From positions 32,001 through 96,000 of the forward strand of contig CAXULY010000010.1 in the NCBI GenBank assembly GCA_964252075.1: a stretch of DNA of 64,000 nt, in the 5' to 3' direction. Below the pieces are notes generated by a model. That model ran no database searches and was not told the origin of the DNA. It saw nothing but the letters and a program-made list of their open reading frames with translations. Within the stretch, counting starts at the first letter, position 1; every line of letters begins with the position of its first letter. This stretch comes from an uncultured Deinococcaceae bacterium (GTDB taxonomy: Bacteria > Deinococcota > Deinococci > Deinococcales > Deinococcaceae). Shown piece by piece: positions 1 to 9,924 of this stretch. The position numbers were made by a program, and so were the translations under genes.

Positions 1-27
1 GGGGCAGGTCGGGGCTTAGCGTGGGGC

Positions 28-810
28 ATGCCTGAACGCGCGCCGTCCGCCCTGCCGAGGCCCATCGTGCCGAGTGTGCCGTCCAACCGTTTCGCCGTGC
101 TGGGCATGGCGGGGGCGGTGCTGGCCGCGCGCCTGACCGGGCGGAGCTGGGGTCAGGCGCTCGCGGTGGGTGGGGCGGGGTTCACGGCGTGGGCGCTGAA
201 CCGCGAGCTCGACCCGGATGACGCGGGGAGCGCGAACCTCGCGCTGCTGCTGGCGGCGGGCGCGGGCCTCACGCGGCCACCCGGCGTGGGGGACCTGCTG
301 TCGGCCTTCGCGCTGGTGAGTGCCCTGCGGGTGCAGGTGGCGACGGTGGGGCACCCGGCCTCGCAGGCGGACGCGCTGGCTCTGGGTGCGCAGGCGGGTC
401 TGTCGGGGTGGCTGGGGGGCGCGGGGGGCGCGCTGGGCACGCCGCTCGCGCTGCTCGCGTCGAGCGCTGAGGGGGACCGCTGGGTGTCGCCCGCGTGGGC
501 GCCGTGGGTGGCGCTGGGCGCGGCGAAGGTGGGGCGCCTCTTCCAGCCGCCCACCCCGCAGGTGTCCTCGGTGGGCGGCTGGGCGCTTGCGGCGCTGGCC
601 CTGGCGCTGAGCGCGTCCGTGCTGCACCCCGAGCCGCCCAGCAGCACCACCGATGAGACGGGGGAGCGCCTGAGTGCCGCGCGGCTCTCGGACGCGCGGG
701 CGGTGGCGCTGGCCAGCCTGCTGCTGGGTGTGCTGGATGCGGGTGCGGCGGGCAGCGTGCCGCTCGCGGCGGCGTGGGCGGCGATCGGGCTGCGGCGCGG
801 GAGGGCGTGA
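28..810 (+). CDS. hypothetical membrane protein
   Basis: Hydrophobic Ala/Leu-rich ORF with AWALNRELDPD motif; TAGCGT a few nt before the ATG (leaderless-type). Confidence 0.7.
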   Translation: MPERAPSALPRPIVPSVPSNRFAVLGMAGAVLAARLTGRSWGQALAVGGAGFTAWALNRELDPDDAGSANLALLLAAGAGLTRPPGVGDLLSAFALVSALRVQVATVGHPASQADALALGAQAGLSGWLGGAGGALGTPLALLASSAEGDRWVSPAWAPWVALGAAKVGRLFQPPTPQVSSVGGWALAALALALSASVLHPEPPSSTTDETGERLSAARLSDARAVALASLLLGVLDAGAAGSVPLAAAWAAIGLRRGRA

Positions 811-867
811 TCCGGCACAGCTTCGCGGGGCGCGGGTGCCTACCCTGAGCCTGAAGGGAGGCAGGCT

Positions 868-1641
868 GTGACTGGAGTGGGCAGGCAGGTGACCTTGCTG
901 GTGGCGGTGCTGGCGACGCTGGCGCTCAATGGCGTGGCGAGCACGGCGGGGTTGTTCGGGCGGGTGACGGGCAGCATCTCGGATGGGCTGCCGAATCCCT
1001 TCGTGCCGACGGGGCTGACCTTCTCGGTGTGGGGCGTGATTTTTCTGGGGCTGCTGGCCTTTGGGGTGTTTCAGGCGCTGCCCGCGCAGCGCGGCGGGCG
1101 CTTCGACCGGCTGTTCTGGCCGTTTCTGCTGGCGAACGTGCTGAACATGGGGTGGCTGCTGGTGTGGCACAGCCTCGCGTACGCGCTGAGCGTGCTGGTC
1201 ATGCTGGCGCTGCTCGCGGACCTGATCTGGCTGTACGTGGCACTCGTGCGCCTGCCGCTGCGCTCGGCGGGGGAGCGCTGGTGCTTGGGCGTGCCGACCA
1301 GCCTGTACCTGGGCTGGATCACGGTGGCGACCGTCGCGAACGTGACGGCGTGGCTGGTGAGCGCGGGCGTGACGAACGGCTTCGCGGGCCTCAGCGCGCC
1401 CGCCTGGGCGGCGGTGATGGTGGTGGTGGCGGCCCTCGTCGGGGCGTTCATGCTGCTGCGCTTCCGGGATGTGGCGTTCGCGCTGGTGCTGGCGTGGGCG
1501 TTTTACGGGGTGTACGCGAAGCGCCCGGACGTGACGACCGTGGTGTGGGGCGTGCTGATCGGGGCGGTGGTGCTGGTGGTGGCGGCGCTGCTGAGCCTGC
1601 GTGGCCCCGCGAACCGCCCGCCGAGGGCGGCGGGCGCGTGA
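868..1641 (+). CDS. TspO/MBR-like tryptophan-rich membrane protein
   Basis: Multi-TM; PTGLTFSVWGVIF and SLYLGWITVATVAN motifs; GGAGG RBS. Confidence 0.7.
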   Translation: MTGVGRQVTLLVAVLATLALNGVASTAGLFGRVTGSISDGLPNPFVPTGLTFSVWGVIFLGLLAFGVFQALPAQRGGRFDRLFWPFLLANVLNMGWLLVWHSLAYALSVLVMLALLADLIWLYVALVRLPLRSAGERWCLGVPTSLYLGWITVATVANVTAWLVSAGVTNGFAGLSAPAWAAVMVVVAALVGAFMLLRFRDVAFALVLAWAFYGVYAKRPDVTTVVWGVLIGAVVLVVAALLSLRGPANRPPRAAGA

Positions 1642-1674
1642 GGCGAGGGGGCGCCGCGCCTGCGGCGCCCCCCT

Positions 1675-2127
1675 TCAGTACGCGAGGTAACGCAGGTAGT
1701 TCGTGATGTCGGCGGCGCACTTGTCCGTGACGCTGGACTGCACGCTGCCCGTCAGGGTGCGGAGCTTCCCGCCGTTCGAGAGGTACAGCTGCGTGATCTG
1801 GTAGGTGTTGCCCGCGCTGTCCAGCAGGTACGTGGCGAGCAGCCCGAAGCTCCCGCCGCGCTCGATGGGTATGGCCGTGACGTCCGTGAACTTGCGCGCG
1901 GTGAGGGTCTGCTGCAGGCGAGCGGCGAGGGCCGTGGCGTGCGGCATGTCGGGCAGCGCCGCGAAGGGCTGGTCGTGCAGTTCCTCCTTGATGATGCAGT
2001 TGCCCGCCGCGCTCTGCCAGGCGTCGGGGCCGCTGGCGGTCCAGCCCGCGAAGGGCACGTTGAAGCTGGCCGACGCGCTGCCCATGAGGGTCGCGGCGGC
2101 CAGCAGGAGGGGGAGGAGTGGGCGCAT
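1675..2127 (-). CDS. secreted hypothetical protein
   Basis: N-terminal signal peptide MRPLLPLLLAAATLMGSASA. Confidence 0.65.
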   Translation of the reverse strand: MRPLLPLLLAAATLMGSASASFNVPFAGWTASGPDAWQSAAGNCIIKEELHDQPFAALPDMPHATALAARLQQTLTARKFTDVTAIPIERGGSFGLLATYLLDSAGNTYQITQLYLSNGGKLRTLTGSVQSSVTDKCAADITNYLRYLAY

Positions 2128-2203
2128 TGTGTTTCACTGTGCCGCGCGTTCCTGACGGGCGCTCCCACCTTGTCTGAGAAAGCTGGGCGCGCGGGCGGCG
2201 GGG

Positions 2204-3145
2204 TCAGTCCTTCAAGGGGGTTTCGCTGCTGCGGCCGCGCGTGGCGATCAGGGACGCGATGACGCTCACGCCCAGGATGCCCACGATCACGCCGAGGCTG
2301 AGGGTGATGGGGATCTTCACGACGTCAATCAGCAGGAGTTTCGCGCCGATGAAGGCCAGCACGAAGCTGAGGCCCGTCTTGAGGTACACGAAGCGGTCCA
2401 CCACGTGCGCGAGCAGGAAGTACAGGCTGCGCAAACCCAGGATCGCCATGACGTTGCTGGTGAACACGATGAAGGGGTCGGTGGTGATGGCGAAGATGGC
2501 GGGGATGCTGTCCACCGCGAAGATCAGGTCGGAGACCTCAATGAACACCAGCACGATCAGCAGGGGCGTCGCGAAGCGCATGCCGTTCCTAACAGTGAAG
2601 AACTTCTGTCCGTCGTAGTCGGGGCTCACCCGGAAGAGGCGGCGGGCGAGGCGCACCGCGAAGTGCGCTTCCAGGTCCACCTTCTCCTCGGTCTTCTCGA
2701 ACAGCATCTTGATACCCGTGAAGACCAGGAAGGCGCCGAAGACGTACATGATCCAGTGAAAGCGCTCCACGAGTTCCGCGCCGAGCACGATCATGACGCC
2801 ACGCATGACGAGCGCGCCGATCACGCCCCAGAACAGCACCCTGTGGCGGGCGGCGGCGGGCACCGCGAAGGACGCGAAGACCATCACGAACACGAAGATG
2901 TTGTCCACGGCGAGGCTGTACTCCACGACGTAGCCGGTGAACCACTGGAGGCCCTTCTCGGCGCCCTGCCACAGCCACACGCCCGCGCCGAAGGCGACGC
3001 CGAGAGCGATCCAGATGCTGGACCAGATGCCCGCCTCGCGCACGCTCACCTCGTGCGCCTTGCGGTGGAAGACCCCGAGGTCGAGGGCGAGCACGCCCAG
3101 CACCGCGCCAATGAACGAAAACCAGACCCACAGCGGAAGATCCAT
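2204..3145 (-). CDS. TerC/Alx family metal homeostasis membrane protein
   Basis: EYSLAVDNIFVF, DLIFAVDSIPAI and FTSNVMAILGLRSLYF motifs; GGAGG RBS at 3151-3155. Confidence 0.92.
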   Translation of the reverse strand: MDLPLWVWFSFIGAVLGVLALDLGVFHRKAHEVSVREAGIWSSIWIALGVAFGAGVWLWQGAEKGLQWFTGYVVEYSLAVDNIFVFVMVFASFAVPAAARHRVLFWGVIGALVMRGVMIVLGAELVERFHWIMYVFGAFLVFTGIKMLFEKTEEKVDLEAHFAVRLARRLFRVSPDYDGQKFFTVRNGMRFATPLLIVLVFIEVSDLIFAVDSIPAIFAITTDPFIVFTSNVMAILGLRSLYFLLAHVVDRFVYLKTGLSFVLAFIGAKLLLIDVVKIPITLSLGVIVGILGVSVIASLIATRGRSSETPLKD

Positions 3146-3157
3146 GTGCACCTCCAC

Positions 3158-3268
3158 TCAGGTCTGGCCCTCAGCGTGTGCGCTGCTCGCGTGGGCCGGG
3201 CACCCACTGGGTGCCGTACTGACGACCGACGCGCCCGCCCGGGGGCGGGGGGCTACTCCCCCAAATTG
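3158..3268 (-). ncRNA. yybP-ykoY (Mn2+-sensing) riboswitch
   Basis: Minus strand reads GGGGAGTAGC...CGTCAGTACG...CCGG...GGCCAGACC directly upstream of a TerC/Alx gene, the canonical context. Confidence 0.85.
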
Positions 3269-3406
3269 TGTGGCCAGTGTACCAGGCTGGGCTCCGGGCG
3301 CCCCGCACTCTAAACGCCACATGAAATGGCGTGGGCGCGCGGGGCAAGCATGAATGGCGGCGTGCGGCGGCCCTCGCTATGCTGCACTCAACCCGGAGGT
3401 GCCGCC

Positions 3407-4438
3407 ATGACCACCCAACCTGCCCGCCTCGTTCACGCCCCCTCGTCCACCCGCGCGACGCCCGCGCAGAACCTCATCACCATCGTGCTCGGGTGGTGGC
3501 TGATGATCGGCATCTTCGTGGACGGCTGGGCGCACCAGCACCTCGCGGGGGAAATCGAGAGCTTCTTCACGCCGTGGCACGCCATCTTCTACAGCGGCTT
3601 CACCGCGACCGCCCTGTGGGTGCTGTGGCTGGCGTGGCAGGGCTGGCGCGCCGGGCGGCGCGGCCTCGCGGCCTTCCCTGCGGGCTATCACCTCGCGGCG
3701 CTGGGCGTGCCGGTGTTCGCGCTGGGCGGCGTGGGGGACCTCACGTGGCACACCGTCTTCGGCATTGAGGTGGACCTGGACGCGCTGCTCTCCCCCACCC
3801 ACCTGATCCTGTTCCTGGGCGCGGAGCTGCTGGTGCTGGCGCCGCTCGCGGCGGCGTGGGCGGAACCCGAGGGGCGCCGCGCGCCCCTCGCGGTGCGCTG
3901 GACGGCCGTGCTGGCCGCGACCGCCGCGCTGAGTTTCGCGTCGTTCATGCACATGTACCTGTGGGCGCTGCTGCTCGTCCCGAACGGCACGTCGGACAAC
4001 CGCGCGGCGCTGGCGTTCACGCTCGTCACGGCCGTCATCCTGGCGGCGCCGCCCCTGTACCTGCTGCGCCGCTTCCAGATGCCGCCCGGCGCCCTGGCGG
4101 TCATGTACGCCGTGAACACCCTGCTGATGGTCGTCATGACGGTGGGGCTCGCGCAGGGCGGGCCGCTCGTGCTGCTGATGGCCGGCATCGGGCTGGTGCT
4201 CGACCTGATCGCGTGGGTGCTGCGCCCCTCGCCGCAGCGCATTTACGCCTTCCGGGCGTTCGGGGCGCTGCTGGGGCTCGTCACGTGGTTCGGCTTCTAC
4301 GTGGCGGTGCTGCTCACGCAGGGCCTCAGCATGAGCCTGGAGTTGTGGGCGGGCGTGTGCGTCATGACGGGCCTGGGCGGCCTCGCGCTCAGCGCGCTGA
4401 TCGTGCCGCCCGCGCTGCCGCGCGAAGCGGTGGAGTGA
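3407..4438 (+). CDS. multi-pass membrane protein
   Basis: DGWAH...ESFFTPWH and GDLTWHTVFGIE motifs; GGAGGT RBS. Confidence 0.75.
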   Translation: MTTQPARLVHAPSSTRATPAQNLITIVLGWWLMIGIFVDGWAHQHLAGEIESFFTPWHAIFYSGFTATALWVLWLAWQGWRAGRRGLAAFPAGYHLAALGVPVFALGGVGDLTWHTVFGIEVDLDALLSPTHLILFLGAELLVLAPLAAAWAEPEGRRAPLAVRWTAVLAATAALSFASFMHMYLWALLLVPNGTSDNRAALAFTLVTAVILAAPPLYLLRRFQMPPGALAVMYAVNTLLMVVMTVGLAQGGPLVLLMAGIGLVLDLIAWVLRPSPQRIYAFRAFGALLGLVTWFGFYVAVLLTQGLSMSLELWAGVCVMTGLGGLALSALIVPPALPREAVE

Positions 4439-4447
4439 CGGGGCCGC

Positions 4448-5803
4448 TCAGGGCAGGCGCCGCACGCGGCGCGCGCGCTCCATGCGGTCCTTGAGGAAGT
4501 CGCGGGTGCGCCAGGACTCCGGTTCCTGCACGCGCCGCAGCAGGGTCCAGGCGATCATGCGCAGCACGGCGCTCGTCGCGAACAGGGCGTGGTACGCCGT
4601 GAAGCCGCCCGTCGGCACCACCGCGCGGTACAGCTCCAGCAGCGGGCCGGAAATCAGGCCGCCCAGGAAGCCCGCGATGCCCGTCATGGCGCTGAACACC
4701 GCGATGTACGCCGCGCGGTTGGTGCTGGGCGTGCTGGCGAGCGACAGGTTGAACACGCCGGGGTTGATGGCGCTCCAGACCATCGCGTCCGCCAGCGCGG
4801 AGAGCCAGATGGGCCACAGGTGCTCGGGCGTGGCGAGCATCCACGACAGCGGCAGCAGGGTGCCCGCCAGGAAGGTGCTGACCGCCAGCACGGGCTTGTT
4901 CCCCACGCGGTCCGCAAGGCGCCCCCAGGTGGGCGCCAGAATCAGCGCCGCGAACGCGCTGATGCCGCCCCACACCGCGACCTGCAGGTAACTCATGCGC
5001 AGGTGCGTCAGGAAGTACGGAATCACGAAGGGCGACGCGACGAGCACCGCAAAGGTCCAGTACACCGCGAAGGCCAGCAGGCGCCGGAAGTTCCGGTCGC
5101 TGAAGGGCAGCGTGACGGTGTGCCGCATGCGCAGGCGCGCGCCGCCCAGCGGCGGCTCGTCGTGCCGGGAGAGCAGCGCCGCCGCGATGAGGCCCATGCC
5201 GACCGCGACGCCCAGCACCACCTGGAAGTTCAGGGGCGCCGCCACGCGGTCCAGCCACACGCCCGCCAGCAGGTTCGCGACGGTGCCGATCACGCCGTGA
5301 ATGCCGCTGCGCAGTCCGAAGTACCGCCCGCGTTCCTTCCACGGCACCACGTCGCCCATCCAGGCGGTCCAGAGGCTGCCGTTCGCGGCGATGAACACGC
5401 TGGAGAGCGCCACGACCGCGACGAGCAGCGCCACGCGCGCCTCGTTCGGGGCGGGCAGCACCGCGAGGAGCGGCGTGACGGCCCACAGGCCGCGCCCCAC
5501 GGCGGCCGTGAGGACCGCCACGCCGCGCCGCCTCCCGCGCCGCCCCACCAGCCACGCCGCGAGCGGACTCACGGCCTGCGCGAGCAGCGGTACGCTGGCA
5601 ATCAGGCCCAGCGCGGTGGGGGTGGCGCCCAGGTGCAGGGCGTACCCGGTCAGGACGCTGCCGGACGTCCAGTTGATGAAGAACATCGCGAAGCCCCCCT
5701 CGAAGATCGAGAGGCGCATGGTGGCGCGCGCCCGCGCCTCCGGCAGACCGGATGGCGGGGGGAGCGGGGTGGTGTCGGGCGGCAGGGCGGGGTCTTCGAT
5801 CAC
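4448..5803 (-). CDS. MFS transporter
   Basis: About 12 TM segments; WGRLADRVGNK MFS motif A. Confidence 0.88.
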   Translation of the reverse strand: MIEDPALPPDTTPLPPPSGLPEARARATMRLSIFEGGFAMFFINWTSGSVLTGYALHLGATPTALGLIASVPLLAQAVSPLAAWLVGRRGRRRGVAVLTAAVGRGLWAVTPLLAVLPAPNEARVALLVAVVALSSVFIAANGSLWTAWMGDVVPWKERGRYFGLRSGIHGVIGTVANLLAGVWLDRVAAPLNFQVVLGVAVGMGLIAAALLSRHDEPPLGGARLRMRHTVTLPFSDRNFRRLLAFAVYWTFAVLVASPFVIPYFLTHLRMSYLQVAVWGGISAFAALILAPTWGRLADRVGNKPVLAVSTFLAGTLLPLSWMLATPEHLWPIWLSALADAMVWSAINPGVFNLSLASTPSTNRAAYIAVFSAMTGIAGFLGGLISGPLLELYRAVVPTGGFTAYHALFATSAVLRMIAWTLLRRVQEPESWRTRDFLKDRMERARRVRRLP

Positions 5804-5829
5804 GGTGGACCTGTGCCTTTAGCCTAGCT

Positions 5830-6444
5830 TCATCGTGCCGGTGACGCCAGCGCGTCCAGGCGCTCCTGAAGGCCCGCCCGGACCTGTGGCCACTCGTCAC
5901 GCAGCACGCTGTACATCACGGAGTCGCGCGCGAAGCCGTCCGGGCGGCGCTGATACTGGCGCAGCACGCCCTCGCGCACCGCGCCGAGTTTCTCCATGGC
6001 GCGCTGGCTGCGGGCGTTGCGGGCGTCCACCTTGAACTGCACGCGGTTCGCGCCGAGCACCTCGAAGGCGCGCGTCATGAGCAGCAGTTTCGCCTCGGGG
6101 TTCACGCCCGTGCCCTGGAAGGGCGGGGTGAGCATCGTGCCGATCTCCAGCCACGCGTCCTGCGGGCGCACCTCGCTGTAACTGATGCGCCCAGCCACGT
6201 CGCTCCCCACCACGACCGCCCAGTTCAGGCGGTTCGGGAGGGCGTTCAGCCGCTCGATGAACGCCGCCCACGCCGCCGGGGTGTTCGCCTCGGGCCCGCC
6301 GCGCGCCAAAAAGTTCAGGGTGTCCTGCGTGGCGTGCCGCGCGATGCCGGGCGCGTGCGCCGCCGTCAGGGGCTCCAGGTGCAGGTCGCGGCCCTGCATC
6401 GTCACGGGCGCCAGCCAGTCGTGCGGTGGGGTGGGGGCACTCAT
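5830..6444 (-). CDS. GNAT acetyltransferase (RimJ/RimL-like)
   Basis: LEIGTML..FQGTGVNPEAKLL, RVQFKVDARNARSQRAMEKLG. Confidence 0.9.
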   Translation of the reverse strand: MSAPTPPHDWLAPVTMQGRDLHLEPLTAAHAPGIARHATQDTLNFLARGGPEANTPAAWAAFIERLNALPNRLNWAVVVGSDVAGRISYSEVRPQDAWLEIGTMLTPPFQGTGVNPEAKLLLMTRAFEVLGANRVQFKVDARNARSQRAMEKLGAVREGVLRQYQRRPDGFARDSVMYSVLRDEWPQVRAGLQERLDALASPAR

Positions 6445-6498
6445 GCCCTCACCCTACCCACGCCGCCCGGCGGGCGCGGCAGTGGTCTAGAGCGCCGC

Positions 6499-7155
6499 TC
6501 AGTTCGGGTAGGCGTCCGCGCTGAGCTCCTGGCCGAGCGCGCCCAGGAAGTCCCGCATGACGCCCGCGCGGCGCTCGGCCTCCGCGCGGCCCGCGGCGGT
6601 GTTGAAGCGCTCCGGGAGGCGCAGCAGCTTCGTGAAGAAGTGATCGAGCGTGAAGCGCCCGTCGTCCAGGGGGCGCGACTCGGCCCAGGGGTCGGCGGCG
6701 TCCAGCAGCGCGCGGTCCAGCTTGCCGCCCACCGCCGCGCAGCGCAGCACGCCCAGCGCGCCGAGGGCGTCCAGGCGGTCGGCGTCCTGCAGGGCCGCCG
6801 CGAGGGGCGTTTCCGGCGCCGCGCCCCGCGAGTAACTGTGGTCCCGCACGGCCACCGCGACCTCCTGCGCCTCCGCGTCCGTGAAGCCGCACACCAGCAG
6901 CAGCTCGCGCGCCTGCGCGGCGCTGCGTTCGCTGGCCTGCGCGCGCTCCGGGTGGTCCTTCGGGAGGTTCACGAGGTCGTGCGTGAAGGCCGCCGCGACC
7001 GCGAGGCCCGGCGCGTGCGGCGCGAGCCTCGACGCCCACAGCGCCACGCGCAGGAGGTGCCCGGCGTCGTGCGCGGCGTCCATGGTCATGCGGGCCTGCA
7101 CGGCGTTCCACAGGATGGTGAGGCGGGGGTCGTGGGTGAGCAGGTGAGGCAGCAC
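6499..7155 (-). CDS. HD-domain phosphohydrolase
   Basis: AHDAGH, THD and QDADRLDALG motifs; GTG start 6 nt after TATCCT. Confidence 0.88.
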   Translation of the reverse strand: MLPHLLTHDPRLTILWNAVQARMTMDAAHDAGHLLRVALWASRLAPHAPGLAVAAAFTHDLVNLPKDHPERAQASERSAAQARELLLVCGFTDAEAQEVAVAVRDHSYSRGAAPETPLAAALQDADRLDALGALGVLRCAAVGGKLDRALLDAADPWAESRPLDDGRFTLDHFFTKLLRLPERFNTAAGRAEAERRAGVMRDFLGALGQELSADAYPN

Positions 7156-7349
7156 CAGCGGAGGATACGGTGTTTCCCGGTGTACCCAGGGTAAGGCGCC
7201 TGACGCGCGCGGCGCATCGGCACGCTGGCGGATGCCGCGCGGACGCCCCGCGCGTACCTTGAGGGCAGCCGCCTCCGGCGGCGGTTCGCGCTGAGTCCGG
7301 CCACACTCCTGAATCATCACGCCCGCGCCGCGCGCGGGCCGGAGGCCCC

Positions 7350-7535
7350 ATGCATCACTCCTGGCTGGAATTGACCGTGCGCGTTCAGCGCGCCGAGGAA
7401 CGCCTCACGCACCTGCGCGACGAGGCCACCACCGCGCGCCTGCTCCGCCTGCACCCCTCACGCGCGTGGCAGTGGCGCCTGGGCGGCTGGACGCTGCGCC
7501 TGGAGCGCGCCGCCCAGCGCGCGCGCCCCGCCTAG
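7350..7535 (+). CDS. small hypothetical protein
   Basis: GGAGG RBS; 61-aa ORF. Confidence 0.5.
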   Translation: MHHSWLELTVRVQRAEERLTHLRDEATTARLLRLHPSRAWQWRLGGWTLRLERAAQRARPA

Positions 7536-7560
7536 CGCCGCGCCGTGCGCACGAGGCACG

Positions 7561-8145
7561 TCAGGTGGTGGCGTGCAGCTCGCGCAGCAGGGCGCCTGCC
7601 GCGGTGCGCGCCGCGGCGCGGATGTCCTCGTCACGGTGCGGCGTGCCGGCCGCCGCGCTCACGGCGGCGTTGATGCTGAGAAACGCCATGCGCGCGAGCA
7701 GGCGTCGCGCGGGGCTGGGTTGATCGCCCGTGACGCGCTCGATGATGGCCTCCAGGTGATCGCGGAGGTCGCTCCCGGAGTCCGGCAGGACGCCGCGCAG
7801 GACGGTTGGGTTGGCCGTCACGAAGCGCACACCCTGGAGTTTCTCCTGGGTGTGCGTGTCAATCCAGCGCAGGACCGTGCGGTCCAGCAGGTCCGGCGCG
7901 GGGGGTTGCGCGTCCACCCAGCGCCGCAGGTCGCGCGCCTCGTCGTTGCGGCCCTGCATGATGGCGCGCACGATGTCCTCCTTGCTCCTGAAGTGGTAGT
8001 ACAGGGCGGCCTTGGTGATGCCGAGCACCTCGGCGACCTCACGCAGGGAGGTCGCCTCGTAGCCGTTCGCGGTGAACAGCGCCAGTGCGGCCTGCTGGGC
8101 CGCCGTGCGGGTTTCGCTGCCCCTGCGTTTTGGTGGTTTGGTCAT
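7561..8145 (-). CDS. TetR/AcrR family regulator
   Basis: GYEATSLREVAEVLGITKAALYYHFRSKEDI HTH. Confidence 0.93.
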   Translation of the reverse strand: MTKPPKRRGSETRTAAQQAALALFTANGYEATSLREVAEVLGITKAALYYHFRSKEDIVRAIMQGRNDEARDLRRWVDAQPPAPDLLDRTVLRWIDTHTQEKLQGVRFVTANPTVLRGVLPDSGSDLRDHLEAIIERVTGDQPSPARRLLARMAFLSINAAVSAAAGTPHRDEDIRAAARTAAGALLRELHATT

Positions 8146-8246
8146 GCCCCATTCTACTTGATCCCTAACCGGCCGGCAGGTAAACTCGTCGTGTCTTTGC
8201 CCTCCGGTGCTGTGACCTGGACGGCGGACGCAGAGGAGGTCGGCGC

Positions 8247-8702
8247 ATGACCCACATGGTTCTGGAAACCCTCGGGCTGTTCCTCAGCGGGATGCTGGCG
8301 GGCGGCGAATTCCTGGTGCGGTACGGCCTGCAGCCGGCCCTCACCGCCCTTCCGGACGAAGCGCACCTGCGCGCGCGGCAGGCCCTCATCCGGCAGTTGC
8401 GCGTGCTGGTGCCCGCCCTGATGCTGCCCACCGTGCTGGTCGGCGTGGCGGTCGCGGTGACGGGCGCAGCGGGGCCGGGCGCGGCCTTCCGCTGGGCGGG
8501 CGCCGCCACGCTCATCGCCTTCGTGCTGCTCTCCTTCCTGGGGACCGTGCCCATCAACATCCGCGTGGGTGACTGGCCGGTGCAGGCGCCCCCCAGCAAC
8601 TGGCGGGCCGTCCTTCGGCTGTGGGCGCGCATCGACGTGTTCCGGTCCGCCGCCGCGATGCTCGCCTTCGCCTGCGCCCTGATCGCCGCCGCGCAGCACT
8701 GA
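8247..8702 (+). CDS. DUF1772/anthrone oxygenase-like membrane protein
   Basis: 4 TM; VPIN...W...P.NW...W pattern; divergent from TetR. Confidence 0.75.
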   Translation: MTHMVLETLGLFLSGMLAGGEFLVRYGLQPALTALPDEAHLRARQALIRQLRVLVPALMLPTVLVGVAVAVTGAAGPGAAFRWAGAATLIAFVLLSFLGTVPINIRVGDWPVQAPPSNWRAVLRLWARIDVFRSAAAMLAFACALIAAAQH

Positions 8703-8766
8703 CGCGCGGCGCCCATTCGCGCCCGGCCCCACCATGCGCGCGCGCGCCGCCTGCCATGCTGGGCGC

Positions 8767-9063
8767 ATGAGTGAAGCAGCGCAGCAGCGCCACGGGGAGT
8801 ACAAGGTGCCGGGCGGGAAGCTGGTCGTGGTGGACCTGCAGGTGCAGGACGGCGCCCTGCGGGCGGTGCAGGTCTCCGGCGACTTCTTTCTGGAGCCGGA
8901 CACCCTGCTGGACACCATCAACGCCGCGCTGGAGGGCGCGCCCGCCGGGCAGGACGAGGGCGCGTACGCGGCGCGCGTGCAGGCGGCCCTCCCGCCCGAC
9001 GGCGTGCTGCTGGGCCTCACGCCCCAGGGCGTGGCGGTGGCGGTCGTGAGGGCGCTCTCGTGA
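8767..9063 (+). CDS. lipoate-protein ligase C-terminal-like subunit
   Basis: HGEYKVPGGKLV and SGDFFLEP motifs. Confidence 0.85.
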   Translation: MSEAAQQRHGEYKVPGGKLVVVDLQVQDGALRAVQVSGDFFLEPDTLLDTINAALEGAPAGQDEGAYAARVQAALPPDGVLLGLTPQGVAVAVVRALS

Positions 9064-9851
9064 CGGGCGCCGGAGTGCAGCGCCGCGACTGGCGGGATTT
9101 CGACTGGGAGGTCCTGCACCCGCCCGCCGTGTCGCCCGCCCTGCACATGGCGCTCGACGAGGTGCTCACGCGGCGCGTGGGGGCGGGCGAGCGGTCCCCC
9201 ACCCTGCGCGTGTGGGAGTGGGAGCGCCGCGCGGTGGCGCTGGGCCGCTACCAGAGCCTGCGCAACGAACTGCAGCCGGAGGGCGTCGAGAAGTACGGTG
9301 TGACGGTCGCGCGGCGTCCCACGGGGGGCGGCGCGATGTTCATCGAGCCGGGGAACACCATCACGTACAGCCTGTACGCGCCGGAGTCGCTGGTGGCGGG
9401 CCTGAGTTTCGTGGACAGCTACGCCTTCCTGGACGCCTGGGCGGTGGACGCGCTGCGCGAGATGGGCGTGAACGCGTGGTACGTGCCCATCAACGACATC
9501 ACGTCCGAGGGCGGGAAGATCGGGGGGGCGGCGCAGGCGCGCTTCGGGGGGGCGGTGCTGCACCACGCGACCCTCGCGTACGACATGAACTCGTCGGCGC
9601 TCACGGAGATCCTGCGGATCGGGCAGGAGAAGCTGTCGGACAAGGGCATCACGAGCGCCGCGAAGCGCGTGGGGCCCATCCGGTTGCAGACGGACCTGCC
9701 GCGCGAGGAGGTTATCAGGCGGATGCTCGCGACCTTCCGCGCGCAGCACGGCGGGCACGACGGGCAGCTGGGCGCCGGGGAGCTGGGCGCGGCGGAACAG
9801 CTGGCCCGAGAGAAGTACGCGACGCCCGAGTGGACTGCCCTGATTCCCTGA
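9060..9851 (+). CDS. lplA: lipoate-protein ligase A catalytic subunit
   Basis: RRPTGGGAMF, NDI...GKIGGAAQ and LHHATLAY motifs. Confidence 0.9.
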   Translation: MTGAGVQRRDWRDFDWEVLHPPAVSPALHMALDEVLTRRVGAGERSPTLRVWEWERRAVALGRYQSLRNELQPEGVEKYGVTVARRPTGGGAMFIEPGNTITYSLYAPESLVAGLSFVDSYAFLDAWAVDALREMGVNAWYVPINDITSEGGKIGGAAQARFGGAVLHHATLAYDMNSSALTEILRIGQEKLSDKGITSAAKRVGPIRLQTDLPREEVIRRMLATFRAQHGGHDGQLGAGELGAAEQLAREKYATPEWTALIP

Positions 9852-9856
9852 GCGGG

Positions 9857-9922
9857 CATAAAAAAAGCCGCCCTCTCAGGCGGTGATGGACAAATGATAG
9901 CGCGGTATGCACGCACCGTCAA
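9857..9922 (-). repeat. 66-bp intergenic repeat, copy 1 (promoter-hairpin-U tract)
   Basis: Closely matches 12081-12146; minus strand TTGACG-N17-TATCAT, then CCGCC/GGCGG hairpin and T7. Confidence 0.85.
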
Positions 9923-9924
9923 AC